From NCBI GenBank assembly GCA_002269645.1, contig NIVC01000657.1, positions 124,001 to 188,000 on the forward strand: a stretch of 64,000 nucleotides of DNA, written 5' to 3'. Below the pieces are notes generated by a model. That model was not told the DNA's origin and made no database searches. It was given only the letters and a program-made list of their open reading frames with translations. Of the stretch, positions 13,101-23,395 are shown piece by piece. Positions within the stretch are counted from its first letter, which is position 1. The number at the start of each line of letters is the position of its first letter. The DNA is from Macrostomum lignano. Lineage: Eukaryota. A program made the translations under genes and the position numbers.

Positions 13101-13811
13101 GGAGGAGGCGCCAGTGGATGACGGCGTGCTGCGCCTGCGGAGCCGTTCAGTTTTTAGCGCGATTCGAATCGCTTCGGTGGACACGGATCTCTTTCTAGTT
13201 GCATCGTCAGACTCGGCAAGACTTTCAATATCAGCATCGTCTAGTTCGTTAGCTTCGCCTTTATCATTATCGTCAAAGAGTATTGAATTGTGCTCTTCAA
13301 TTACCTCTTCTTCTTCTTCTTCTCCGGCCATGGTTTCAATAAACTCTTCAGGATCTGGCTCCTCCGGTTGATCAGCATTATCATTGCCATCCCCAAGGCT
13401 TGGCGGATCAATATAATCAACCGGCGGTTTAGCCTGAACAATGCGAATGAAATCGTTAGATACTGAACACTTGCCAATTGGAGCTGGTACGCGTTCGATA
13501 ATAGCCTGCTGCGAGTGGAAGATGTACTGCGAACTATCGGCAGAATCATCGCCCTCTGGCAGAGGCAGGGAGCGCAATTCGTTAAGTAACCGTCTGGTTA
13601 ATTCGCCAATAGACAGCAGGATGTGATTGTCTCTATAGGCCGACACGATATCGGCAAATATGTCCAGCTGAGGCCGGCAATTCTTCTCTAGGCGATTGAG
13701 AAATGCAGCATTGCGCATAGTAGATTGTAATACTTTCTCCGATCGGTCTACTCCAAAGAGAAAGTCTAGGCATTCGCGCATTATGCGCATCGCGTCTTTT
13801 CTAGTTGCCAT
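10191..13811 (-). CDS. Uncharacterised 1206-aa acidic/low-complexity protein with a K/E/R-rich coiled-coil repeat block
   Basis: 3.6-kb uninterrupted ATG-started ORF, mostly non-repetitive. It has an upstream CAG acceptor and a U-rich downstream region. No family recognised. Confidence 0.85.
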   Translation of the reverse strand: MATRKDAMRIMRECLDFLFGVDRSEKVLQSTMRNAAFLNRLEKNCRPQLDIFADIVSAYRDNHILLSIGELTRRLLNELRSLPLPEGDDSADSSQYIFHSQQAIIERVPAPIGKCSVSNDFIRIVQAKPPVDYIDPPSLGDGNDNADQPEEPDPEEFIETMAGEEEEEEVIEEHNSILFDDNDKGEANELDDADIESLAESDDATRKRSVSTEAIRIALKTERLRRRSTPSSTGASSAVSSRSGQSPADVQQPRRAQLNLPVPVDLNDAEIAVSLPAEQQHQNQLRDSEPGIRLSKSFSLSPAFGNVFSDNDFDDLDFGSPQFEPGAPLAATAADGGSKLSRLRLQQQEEQQQQQEAETRRREAEQERVKAEKDAERIRQEAELEEKRKKEAVEFEARQQKANDREKRKAEKEVERKKKEAKLEAKRKQKEAELEAERERKEAERRQKEAELEAERERKEAELEAERERKEAERRHKEAELEAERERQEAERKQKEELEAERERQEAERRKEKELEAEQERREAERKQKEELEAERERQEAERRKEKELEAEQERREAERKQKEDELEAKRRQKEVELEAKRRQKEVELEAKREKKEAKLRRQKAELEAEQERQETERKEKENKLKADRKNNKAELEAEQESKYAKKQRVVRNSRRNRVDDDELEAEQKETSSKPIPGRKGRQLRSKPEIKNDAKAANAETKSCARKRRAPEEPGFLGSLRRKHKVDLDAETSNASSEEGDESNSEQLNDGAVSEPDSDRQRPPTPQPGASKSQRCSSRQGRLSSPPQSPTFFTADVAATAAAPDEFAELDRLVRERGRCLFDEEVHDDKEVPEAVVEDKASAPELVIELQQPSDEAKEALVPPVSNNKSKKQLEKKPETEDNNNRPARRAAAQRANVSLSAMSMSQAIDQFNAGLGLGVAGDEHNEKCRRPAPTMLSKKSKITKTTRQPESQEDKEEQQQQQPPQESALDADKSASPVWRFNDAQSSTSPRKFFSTTFADRRRSEAKRLLTAKEQFGYKLYHLNRPANPSFNAVLKPTHNLTDPVMSKVAGQKSRKRKPQHKNSVTFCAEEDEEEADLFAEVRPRKTARQTQQRQQQTPKMRKQLDYLTMMQEDNDADADEDRRMLMNIEDDDDEVDNVDRGRRPRQSRFAGLPKPDAGTLFRMVRFRRKLVNLLDQLAAEYPQVAEAIGQIEKGEVRSVDEVVL

Positions 13812-14204
13812 GTCCGGTTTGGTTTGCTAGGCTGCGGGTGAATTCGAAAATGAGCATGTATTTATACTATTAACACAGTAAATATAGCATACTAGTGTAA
13901 ATTAGTTGAAATGCAATTAAAGCAGTGTATGACGATGGACAGTATAACACTGATTAAAAATCAAGTTAGACATTGGGCAGTCGAATTGGACATCAGTGTC
14001 TAAACTCATGCATTTTGTGGCCTTCTACTTCCTTATCAAGTGTCTGTGTGTGTGCGGCATATCACAGAAAGGGCCATGGACAACCGGATTCGCCAGTACC
14101 CAAGGACTACCAGTGAAAAAAGAGAGCTGATCATCTTGGCTTGTCCTTTGAAGTTTCTTTTGCCTGTTAGCGAAATAAATGTTTCATCAACAGCAAGAAA
14201 ATTG

Positions 14205-14952
14205 TCAGAATGGACTGTCATATGTCTAACTTGATTTTCAATCAGTGTAATTTTGTCTATGGCCCTGCCTAACTTGATTTCCAATCAGTGTAATCTTGTC
14301 TATGGCCATGCCTAACTTGATTTCTAACCAGTGTAATCTTGTCTATGGCCATGCCTAACTTGATTTCTAACCAGTGTAATCTTGTCTATGGCCATGCCTA
14401 ACTTGATTTCTAACCAGTGTAATCTTGTCTATGGCCATGCCTAACTTGATTTCTAACCAGTGTAATCGTGTCTATGGCCATGTCTAACTTGATTTCCAAT
14501 CAGTGTAATTTTGTCTATGGCCATGCCTAACTTGATTTCCAATCAGTGTAATTTTGTTTATGGCCATGTCTAACTTGATTTCCAATCAGTGTAATATTGT
14601 CTATGGCCATGCCTAACTTGATTTACAATCAGTGTAATTTTGTTATGGCCATGCCTAACTTACAATCAGTGTAATTTTGTCTATGGCCATGTCTAACTTG
14701 ATTTCCAATCAGTGTAATTTTGTCTATGGCCATGCCTACTTAATTTTCAATCAGTGTAATATTGTCTATGGCCATAGTCTAATTTGATTTCTAATCTGTG
14801 TAATCTTGTCTATGGCCATGCCTAACTTGATTTACAATCAGTGTAATTTTGTCTATGGCCATGCCTACTTAATTTTCAATCAGTGTAATCTTGTCTATGG
14901 CCATAGTCTAACTTGATTACTAACCAGTGTAATTTTGTCCATGGCCATGCCT
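14205..14952. repeat. 43-bp minisatellite
   Basis: GTCTATGGCCATGCCTAACTTGATTTCTAACCAGTGTAATCTT units. Confidence 0.93.
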
Positions 14953-15559
14953 AGCATCCATCAGATTTCACGAGCAGTGCAACAACATACTTCTAAAAGT
15001 TACCCGTCATGGGTGCAAGTCTTATGACAAGCCCAAAGGTAGAACTTTTGTACATGTGACCCAAACTAATGTTACTTAACATTCTACAATAATAAATAAT
15101 AATAATAATAGAAAAGTTTAAAAACAACTCGGAGCAAGAAGGGCGAAATTGTATTGTGTATTTATAGGTTGAAAAAATAAAACGCATACAGTAACTTACA
15201 ATAATCATAAATAGAACAAGTACAACTAAAAGTTTTTTTCTACGTATATAAAAAACGATAAAAGAAGAAAATGCGTAAAGCAAGTGAAAAAAGAATTTAC
15301 TACTGGGTACGAAAAAAACTAAGGCTACGAAAGAGAAACTAGAAACGCAATACCAGTATCAATACGGGTAAGAATGGAGGTGTTCGAATAAATTGAAGAT
15401 TTCAAGTAGCTACTAACAAATTTATCTATAACGAGATTATCTCAATCAAACAGCGAACCAGGCTTTTTAAAGCGCAAATACATAAAAAGTACTCTTAGCA
15501 ATAGTGATACATAAAAACTACAGTACACAGATTACTTATTAAATGGTGGTTTGACGCTA

Positions 15560-16800
15560 ATGATCAGGGAGGCTGGTTGGCAGTCATAGGTGAGGGTCAG
15601 GGAGGCTGGTTGGCAGTCATAGATGAGGATCAGGGAGGCTGGTTGGCAGCCATAGATGAGGATCAGGGAGGCTGGTTGGCAGTCATAGGTGAGGGTCAGG
15701 GAGGCTGTTTGGTAGTCATAGGTGAGGGTCAGGAAGGCTGTTTGGTAGTCATAGGTGAGGGTCAGGGAGGCTGGTTGGCAGTCATAGATGAGGATCAGGG
15801 AGGCTGGTTGGCAGTCATAGATGAGGATCAGGGAGGTTGGTTGGCAGTCATAGATGAGGATCAGGGAGGCTGGTTGGCAGTCATAGGTGAGGGTCAGGGA
15901 GGCTGGTTGGCAGTCATAGTTGAGGATCAGGGAGGCTGGTTGGCAGTCATAGATGAGGATCAGGGAGGTTGGTTGGCAGTCATAGATGAGGATCAGGGAG
16001 GCTGGTTGGCAGTCATAGATGAGGATCAGGGAGGCTGGTTGGCAGTCATAGATGAGGATCAGGGAGGTTGGTTGGCAGTCATAGATGAGGATCAGGGAGG
16101 CTGGTTGGCAGCCATAGATGAGGATCAGGGAGGCTGGTTGGCAGTCATAGATGAGGATCAGGGAGGCTGGTTGGCAGCCATAGTTGAGGATCAGGGAGGC
16201 TGGTTGGCAGCCATAGATGAGGATCAGGGAGGCTGGTTGGCAGTCATAGATGAGGATCAGGGAGGCTGGTTGGCAGTCATAGATGAGGATCAGGGAGGCT
16301 GGTTGGCAGTCATAGATGAGGATCAGGGAGGCTGGTTGGCAGTCATAGGTGAGGGTCAGGGAGGCTGGTTGGCAGTCATAGTTGAGGATCAGGGAGGCTG
16401 GTTGGCAGTCATAGATGAGGATCAGGGAGGTTGGTTGGCAGTCATAGATGAGGATCAGGGAGGCTGGTTGGCAGCCATAGATGAGGATCAGGGAGGCTGG
16501 TTGGCAGTCATAGATGAGGATCAGGGAGGCTAGTTGGCAGTCATAGATGAGGATCAGGGAGGTTGGTTGGCAGTCATAGATGAGGATCAGGGAGGCTGGT
16601 TGGCAGCCATAGATGAGGATCAGGGAGGCTGGTTGGCAGCCATAGATGAGGATCAGGGAGGCTGGTTGGCAGCCATAGTTGAGGATCAGGGAGGCTGGTT
16701 GGCAGCCATAGATGAGGATCAGGGAGGCTGGTTGGCAGTCATAGATGAGGATCAGGGAGGCTGGTTGGCAGTCATAGATGAGGATCAGGGAGGGTGGCTA
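15560..16800. repeat. 33-bp minisatellite
   Basis: GATGAGGATCAGGGAGGCTGGTTGGCAGTCATA units; source of the DEDQGGWLAVI ORFs. Confidence 0.95.
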
Positions 16801-16859
16801 GTAGTCATAGTTTTTCAGCGGAGGCAGAAGATGAAATGATCGGATTCCAGATGCCAATC

Positions 16860-17573
16860 TCACTCAAAGGTAATCGTGGAGTAATTAGTAAAGCAAGCAA
16901 ACTCGTTGCTAAGCCGATTAGCGTGACCTGGCTTGAATTGCCTCCTGCTTGCGTTCAAATATTTGGCAGCCAGATCCTCTTGCACCGCACCAGTGCACAG
17001 GATTAATCTGCCGCTATTACTGCAAATCAACCGCTGTATAGAGAAAGCAGTGGAACGAAGACATTCTTCGGATAGAAACGGCGGATCGGCAATCACTAAG
17101 CTACACTTGCCCAACAGATTAGCTGGCAATTTTTCCGGCTCTCGAAAATCGTAACGATGAAAATTAAATCTAGACTGATAGCTGTCATCCCAGCTAGCAA
17201 ATCTAGTATCAAACTCGAGCAGGTGCAAATTATCAACCGACTGTTGCTTATTTAGTCGCAATTTTCGCACGTGCAAATACAACGTCGGGCAGGAGACGAA
17301 AGCAACAATTACTTCGCTAGGAGAATTGGGATTTTGTTCCCGACAGCAAGCTTCTACTTCGGTTGCAAGAGTTTCGCAAGTGGCTTCATTGTACCAAAAC
17401 TGGGATAGATTCCAATCTTCGGCAGGTTGAACGCTAGCAGACTTCTCTTGCTGGTGCTGGTCAGTGTAAAACTCTTCAAGTGCGGCCAGTGCGTGAGCCG
17501 ATAACTGCGGCACATCGTCATCGCTGTCCTCAACAGTCTCATTAGCCAGCATCTCCAATGCTTTGCTAGACAT
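16860..17573 (-). CDS. EEF1AKMT1: EEF1A lysine methyltransferase 1 (N6AMT2), intronless, 237 aa
   Basis: Motifs PQLSAHALAAL, EDWNLSQFWY, FVSCPTLY, LLEFDTRF, IADPPFLSEEC, LILCTGAVQE and C-terminal NEFACFTNY. Confidence 0.93.
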   Translation of the reverse strand: MSSKALEMLANETVEDSDDDVPQLSAHALAALEEFYTDQHQQEKSASVQPAEDWNLSQFWYNEATCETLATEVEACCREQNPNSPSEVIVAFVSCPTLYLHVRKLRLNKQQSVDNLHLLEFDTRFASWDDSYQSRFNFHRYDFREPEKLPANLLGKCSLVIADPPFLSEECLRSTAFSIQRLICSNSGRLILCTGAVQEDLAAKYLNASRRQFKPGHANRLSNEFACFTNYSTITFE

Positions 17574-17734
17574 TATTGATTATTTTCAAATTTTATATGT
17601 CCTCTAAATATATTCTTCTACAGTCTTTTGTGCTACAACTTAACAGACGAGTCGTCAGGAATAAATAATAATAATAAAACCATATTAACATTGAATCGAG
17701 GACTAGACGATTGTCAACATAAAAACCACTTGAC

Positions 17735-18492
17735 AAATGGAGGACTGGGCGATCACCAGATGGAGGACTGGGCGATCACCAGATGGAGGACTGGGCTATC
17801 ATCAGATTGAGGACTGGGCGATCACCAAATGGAGGACTGGGCGATCACCAGATTGAGGACTGGGCGATCACCAGATTGAGGACTGGGCGATCACCAAATG
17901 GAGGACTGGGCGATCACCAAATGGAGGACTGGGCGATCACCAAATGGAGGACTGGGCGATCACCAAATGGAGGACTGGGCGATCACCAGATTGAGGACTG
18001 GGCGATCACCAAATGGAGGACTGGGCGATCACCAGATTGAGGACTGGGCGATCACCAGATTGAGGACTGGGCGATCACCAGATTGAGGACTGGGCGATCA
18101 CCAGATTGAGGACTGGGCGATCACCAAATGGAGGACTGGGCGATCACCAGATTGAGGACTGGGCGATCACCAGATTGAGGACTGGGCGATCACCAAATGG
18201 AGGACTGGGCGATCACCAGATTGAGGACTGGGCGATCACCAGATTGAGGACTGGGCGATCACCAGATGGAGGACTGGGCGATTACCAAATGGAGGACTGG
18301 GCGATCACCAAATGGAGGACTGGGCGATCACCAAATGGAGGACTGGGCGATTACCAAATGGAGGACTGGGCGATCACCAAATGGAGGACTGGGCGATCAC
18401 CAAATGGAGGACTGGGCGATTACCAAATGGAGGACTGGGCGATCACCAAATGGAGGACTGGGCGATCACCAAATGGAGGACTGGGCGATCAC
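17735..18492. repeat. 23-bp minisatellite
   Basis: AATGGAGGACTGGGCGATCACCA units. Confidence 0.95.
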
Positions 18493-18883
18493 TAGATAAT
18501 TGTCTTTTTATGTTACTAATGTTAATTAGCAATGTGAAGATCATGTGATTATTATCTGGAGCATTAGGTTATTACCAATTTTAAGAACCATAATAACCAA
18601 CCACTAAAGTTTACTATCACATACTAAATATCTAAGAGTCTAATACTAAAGCTATTAACTGTTCTGTTGATACATTTTTTATTCAATATGTTTTAAGAAA
18701 TAAAATAAGTCGTTAAATTAAATAAATTTTTACAACACTACACATTGGATCGAACATACTCGTATATTTACAAGCTAAAAAAAGTATAAAATGCACAATA
18801 GTTCCAGTAAATTTTTCAAGTTTATGAAAGAGATACTCTGCACTCAATAGGAAAAAAGGCAATTACAACTTGGTCAAAGCCAG

Positions 18884-19342
18884 CTATAACGCCTGTCTGG
18901 CAGATTCCACAGTCAGTCCAGCTGAAGCGGCCACCCTCAATAGTTTATCTTTTGACTTGGCGCCCGACTGCAAATCAACATCCGACCGACGGCAGCCAAG
19001 TATCTTGGCCAGGTGTTCAACAACAGCCGCATTGGCCTGTCCATCAACTGGAGGAGCGGCAACGCTTAATCCGATGCTATCACTGTCAAGTTCAGTCAGC
19101 TGACTGATTTTAGCCCCGGGTCGAACGTGAACAGAGACTAATAGATCGCCAGATTTTGGGCACAGACGAAATGCTGTTGTCTGCTGCTTTTGCGGCTTCT
19201 GCTCATTTTTTTGCTTCTTTGAAGTTGTAGATTTCTGCTTGGAACTGCTAGTACTGGGCATGGGAGATTTTGGTGCTGCAGTGCCGAAGCGTAATGAGCC
19301 AAGCCTTTTTACATTTACAGGTGAGCTAAACAGTCGTTTCAT
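18884..19342 (-). CDS. C15orf40: UPF0235 (DUF167/YggU-like) protein, C15orf40 homologue
   Basis: VHVRPGAK...IGLSVAAPPVDGQANAAVVEHLAKILG...VDLQSGAKSKDK. An AATAAA lies about 200 bp downstream. Confidence 0.87.
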   Translation of the reverse strand: MKRLFSSPVNVKRLGSLRFGTAAPKSPMPSTSSSKQKSTTSKKQKNEQKPQKQQTTAFRLCPKSGDLLVSVHVRPGAKISQLTELDSDSIGLSVAAPPVDGQANAAVVEHLAKILGCRRSDVDLQSGAKSKDKLLRVAASAGLTVESARQAL

Positions 19343-19639
19343 GAATATGATTTCTGTTGTTGAAATTGCATCGCTTGATAAATAGTAGCCTACTATAAGT
19401 AATATGTTTGATTATAAAACTATTTGGCTACAAATGGATGAAGTTTGAAATTACGTTAGTTTGAAGGGTAACTTAGTGTGGGGGTTTAAAGCGTGATTTT
19501 GAAGATTTGAGCTTCCATGGGTCTCAGGTCTAATCTAGAGGACATTAAAGGGGTGACTTCAACGTGGATTTTTAGTGTGATTTTGAAAATTCAAAAGCGT
19601 TATTTTGAATATTAAAGCTGCTATTTTAAAGACTTAAAG

Positions 19640-20722
19640 TGTGACTTTAAGCAATTGAAGTGTGATTTTTTAAGGATTTGTAGTGTGATTTTGGGGAATT
19701 AAAGTGTGATTTTGAGGAATTAAAGTGTGATTTTGAGGATTTGTAGTGTGATTTTGGGGAATTAAAGTGTGATTTTGAGGATTTGTAGTGTGATTTTGAG
19801 GAATTAAAGTGTGATTTTGGGGAATTAAAGTGTGATTTTGAGGATTTGTAGTGTGATTTTGAGGAATTAAAGTGTGATTTTGAGGATTTGTAGTGTGATT
19901 TTGAGGAATTAAAGTGTGATTTTGGGGAATTAAAGTGTGATTTTGAGGAATTAAAGTGTGATTTTGAGGATTTGTAGTGTGATTTTGAGGAATTAAAGTG
20001 TGATTTTGAGGATTTGTAGTGTGATTTTGAGGAATTAAAGTGTGATTTTGAGGATTTGTAGTGTGATTTTGGGGAATTAAAGTGTGATTTTGAGGATTTG
20101 TAGTGTGATTTTGGGGAATTAAAGTGTGATTTTGAGGATTTGTAGTGTGATTTTGAGGAATTAAAGTGTGATTTTGAGGATTTTTGGTGTGATTTTGAGG
20201 AATTAAAGTGTGATTTTGAGGATTTGTAGTGTGATTTTGGGGAATTAAAGTGTGATTTTGAGGATTTGTAGTGTGATTTTGAGGAATTAAAGTGTGATTT
20301 TGAGGATTTTTGGTGTGATTTTGAGGAATTAAAGTGTGATTTTGAGGATTTGTAGTGTGATTTTGGGGAATTAAAGTGTGATTTTGAGGATTTGTAGTGT
20401 GATTTTGAGGAATTAAAGTGTGATTTTGAGGATTTTTGGTGTGATTTTGAGGAATTAAAGTGTGATTTTGAGGATTTGTAGTGTGATTTTGGGGAATTAA
20501 AGTGTGATTTTGAGGATTTGTAGTGTGATTTTGAGGAATTAAAGTGTGATTTTGAGGATTTGTAGTGTGATTTTGAGGAATTAAAGTGTGATTTTGAGGA
20601 TTTGTAGTGTGATTTTGAGGAATTAAAGTGTGATTTTGAGGATTTGTAGTGTGATTTTGAGGAATTAAAGTGTGATTTTGAGGAATTAAAGTGTGATTTT
20701 GAGGATTTTTGGTGTGATTTTG
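19640..20722. repeat. 21-bp minisatellite with alternating variants
   Basis: GTGTGATTTTGAGGAATTAAA and GTGTGATTTTGAGGATTTGTA units; source of the 369-aa SKSHFNS ORF. Confidence 0.95.
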
Positions 20723-21658
20723 CGAAGAAACGGAATGAAAATGAGAGGCTAAACAACCCTAATTAAAAAATGAAAAACCAGGCATAAAAACCGATCAAAT
20801 AAAGAATCAGAATCAGACAGAAGAATACACAACAAAATACCAAATAAAGTTGACGCCCCACATTGAGCGTTGAAAAATTTATTGAATAGACGCCAATACA
20901 CCGCAGTTAACCCATTTTACATTTACGCCGTAAATTCCAAGTAAGAGTGTTATTTTATATAACATTTGAATATTTTATATAGTTATTTTATATACAAAAA
21001 TAACCGACATATAGAGTAGTATATAGTGCTCATATATGGTACAATTAAATAACCAGAATTCAAACATCTAAAGGCTTGCACCAACAGCGGCAATGAACTA
21101 AAATCTGTAGTTGTGATGGGCAAATTTCACTCGCTTGTCATGATTACATTCAGTTCCTAATAATATATACGCTCGTACTACTAAAGCATTCACTAGTAGC
21201 ATAATATGAATTTGCTAAACTGATCTTGTCAAGATAAAAAAGAATCTGTTAATTGTAACGAGACATTTTTTGTATTATGAAAAAATTAATTATTACAGAT
21301 TATGCCGTTAACAGGTTTTCTGCAACATAAGTTAGAGGGAAAGAAGTTAGCAAAACACATAAATTAATCTTGGCAAACACCATTCAGACAGATGGAAGAC
21401 AAGGTTAAGTGTGGCCAAACTTTTATTTAACATTGCTTAACATCATATAACTTGTGACACCAACCAAAAAGAACTATTGTGAATTATCGAAATTTAAACT
21501 AATAAGCTTTACTTACTACTGACCAATAAAACAACGGTTGTTACACAAAAAGCGACAAGGACAGAGAGGCAAACACAGTGAGGTGTTATTAAGGCACAAT
21601 TATTTTTATTGGACTTGATAAATACCGAGGAAAATAAAATAATATAATTTGGAACCTA

Positions 21659-21803
21659 TAGACTTCTAAAGCAAAAATTCTACTTGGTCAGTTAACTTTA
21701 AATATAATGGAAAAAATTCGGCCCCGTGCACGATTCGAACCCGGTACCTTTCACGCAACAGACGGCAACGCTAAGCAACGGCCTAATTTTGCTTACAAGT
21801 CTA
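21659..21803 (-). mobile_element. tRNA-derived (tRNA-Val-like) SINE head or pseudo-tRNA bracketed by ~20-bp inverted repeats
   Basis: The minus strand reads GTGAAAGGTACCGGGTTCGAATCGTGCACGG (B-box GGTTCGAATC). Flanks TAGACTTCTAAAGCAAAAATT and AATTTTGCTTACAAGTCTA are imperfect inverted repeats. No complete cloverleaf. Confidence 0.55.
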
Positions 21804-22239
21804 AAAATAGAATCTATATAATGAGTCACAGCCGGCTTCTATAAGCGTACGTTAGCTAACACAGCGGCAAGAACAGTCGAATCAATAAATAGATTTCCAA
21901 GAAACATATATAATGTTGGGGCAGCTCAAGATATATCTGGAGAGCCCGGCGGCAGGGAAAAATAAATTGTACAACAAAAACAAGCATTCAATTTAAATAC
22001 TCGTAAAGCACAAGATACTTAAAATACATTACAGAAGAGACAGAAGTCTGGTTTAGAATATACCCGAAGCCAAAAGTTTTGAGCTGTTAAATAATAAATG
22101 AACAAGTAAATTATACAGCAAAAACCATTTACTACTACTGAGAGGCGTAGAGAGAGAATCTTGCATTTGATAGACTAAAATTATTAATAAGACAGTAGTA
22201 ATCAAATATAACTTATATCACTTCGGAACATTAGCGCTG

Positions 22240-23325
22240 CAAAATCTCACTGATTTAGTAGAGATTGGCGCCACAAAATCTCACTGATTTAGTAGAGATT
22301 GGCGCCACAAAATCTCACTGATTTAGTAGAGATTGGCGCCACAAAATCTCACTGATTTAGTAGAGATTGGCGCCACAAAATCTCACTGATTTAGTAGAGA
22401 TTGGCGCCACAAAATCTCACTGATTTAGTAGAGATTGGCGCCACAAAATCTCACTGATTTAGTAGAGATTGGCGCCACAAAATCTCACTGATCTAATAGA
22501 GATTGGCGCCACAAAATCTCACTGATCTAATAGAGATTGGCGCCACAAAATCTCACTGATCTAATAGAAATTGACACTATAAAATCTCACTGATCTAATA
22601 GAGATTGGCGCCACAAAATCTCACTGATCTAATAGAAATTGACACTATAAAATCTCACTGATCTAATAGATTGACACTATAAAATCTCACTGATCTAATA
22701 GAGATTGGCGCCACAAAATCTCACTGATCTAATAGAGATTGGCGCCACAAAATCTCACTGATCTAATAGAGATTGGCGCCACAAAATCTCACTGATCTAA
22801 TAGAAATTGACACTATAAAATCTCACTGATCTAATAGATTGACACTATAAAATCTCACTGATCTAATAGAGATTGGCGCCACAAAATCTCACTGATCTAA
22901 TAGAAATTGACACTATAAAATCTCACTGATCTAATAGATTGACACTATAAAATCTCACTGATCTAATAGAGATTGGCGCCACAAAATCTCACTGATCTAA
23001 TAGAGATTGGCGCCACAAAATCTCACTGATCTAATAGAGATTGGCGCCACAAAATCTCACTGATCTAATAGAGATTGGCACTATAAAATCTCACTGATCT
23101 AATAGAGATTGGCGCCACAAAATCTCACTGATCTAATAGAAATTGACACTATAAAATCTCACTGATCTAATAGAGATTGGCGCCACAAAATCTCACTGAT
23201 CTAATAGAGATTGGCGCCACAAAATCTCACTGATCTAATAGAAATTGACACTATAAAATCTCACTGATCTAATAGAGATTGGCGCTACAAAATCTCACTG
23301 ATCTAATAGAGATTGGCGCCACAAA
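22240..23325. repeat. 34-bp minisatellite
   Basis: AAAATCTCACTGATTTAGTAGAGATTGGCGCCAC units. Confidence 0.95.
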
Positions 23326-23395
23326 AAATCTAACTCAATATAGTTTAGTCGCAAGCATCTAAAAAAAGTGCACATCTTACAATCTAGTCAGTTCG

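Noticed and set aside
9891-13626. Plus-strand ORFs of 265 and 450 aa and smaller ones
   Set aside because: Antisense shadows of the 1206-aa CDS and its repeat block.
10191-13811. Assignment of the 1206-aa ORF to shugoshin, sororin, INCENP, CENP-C or CHAF1A
   Set aside because: The diagnostic motifs (SGO box, IN-box, CENP-C motif and others) are not convincingly present.
14130-14200. VDETFISLTGKRNFK, resembling the piggyBac DDE motif
   Set aside because: Only a short match at an array edge, with no other transposase motifs, TTAA or TIRs.
15577-20756. 318-aa DEDQGGWLAVI, EDWAIT and 369-aa SKSHFNS ORFs as repetitive proteins
   Set aside because: Entirely array-derived. One array has an internal stop at 16531-16533. 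Unit lengths divisible by 3 are about one third of all arrays, as expected by chance.
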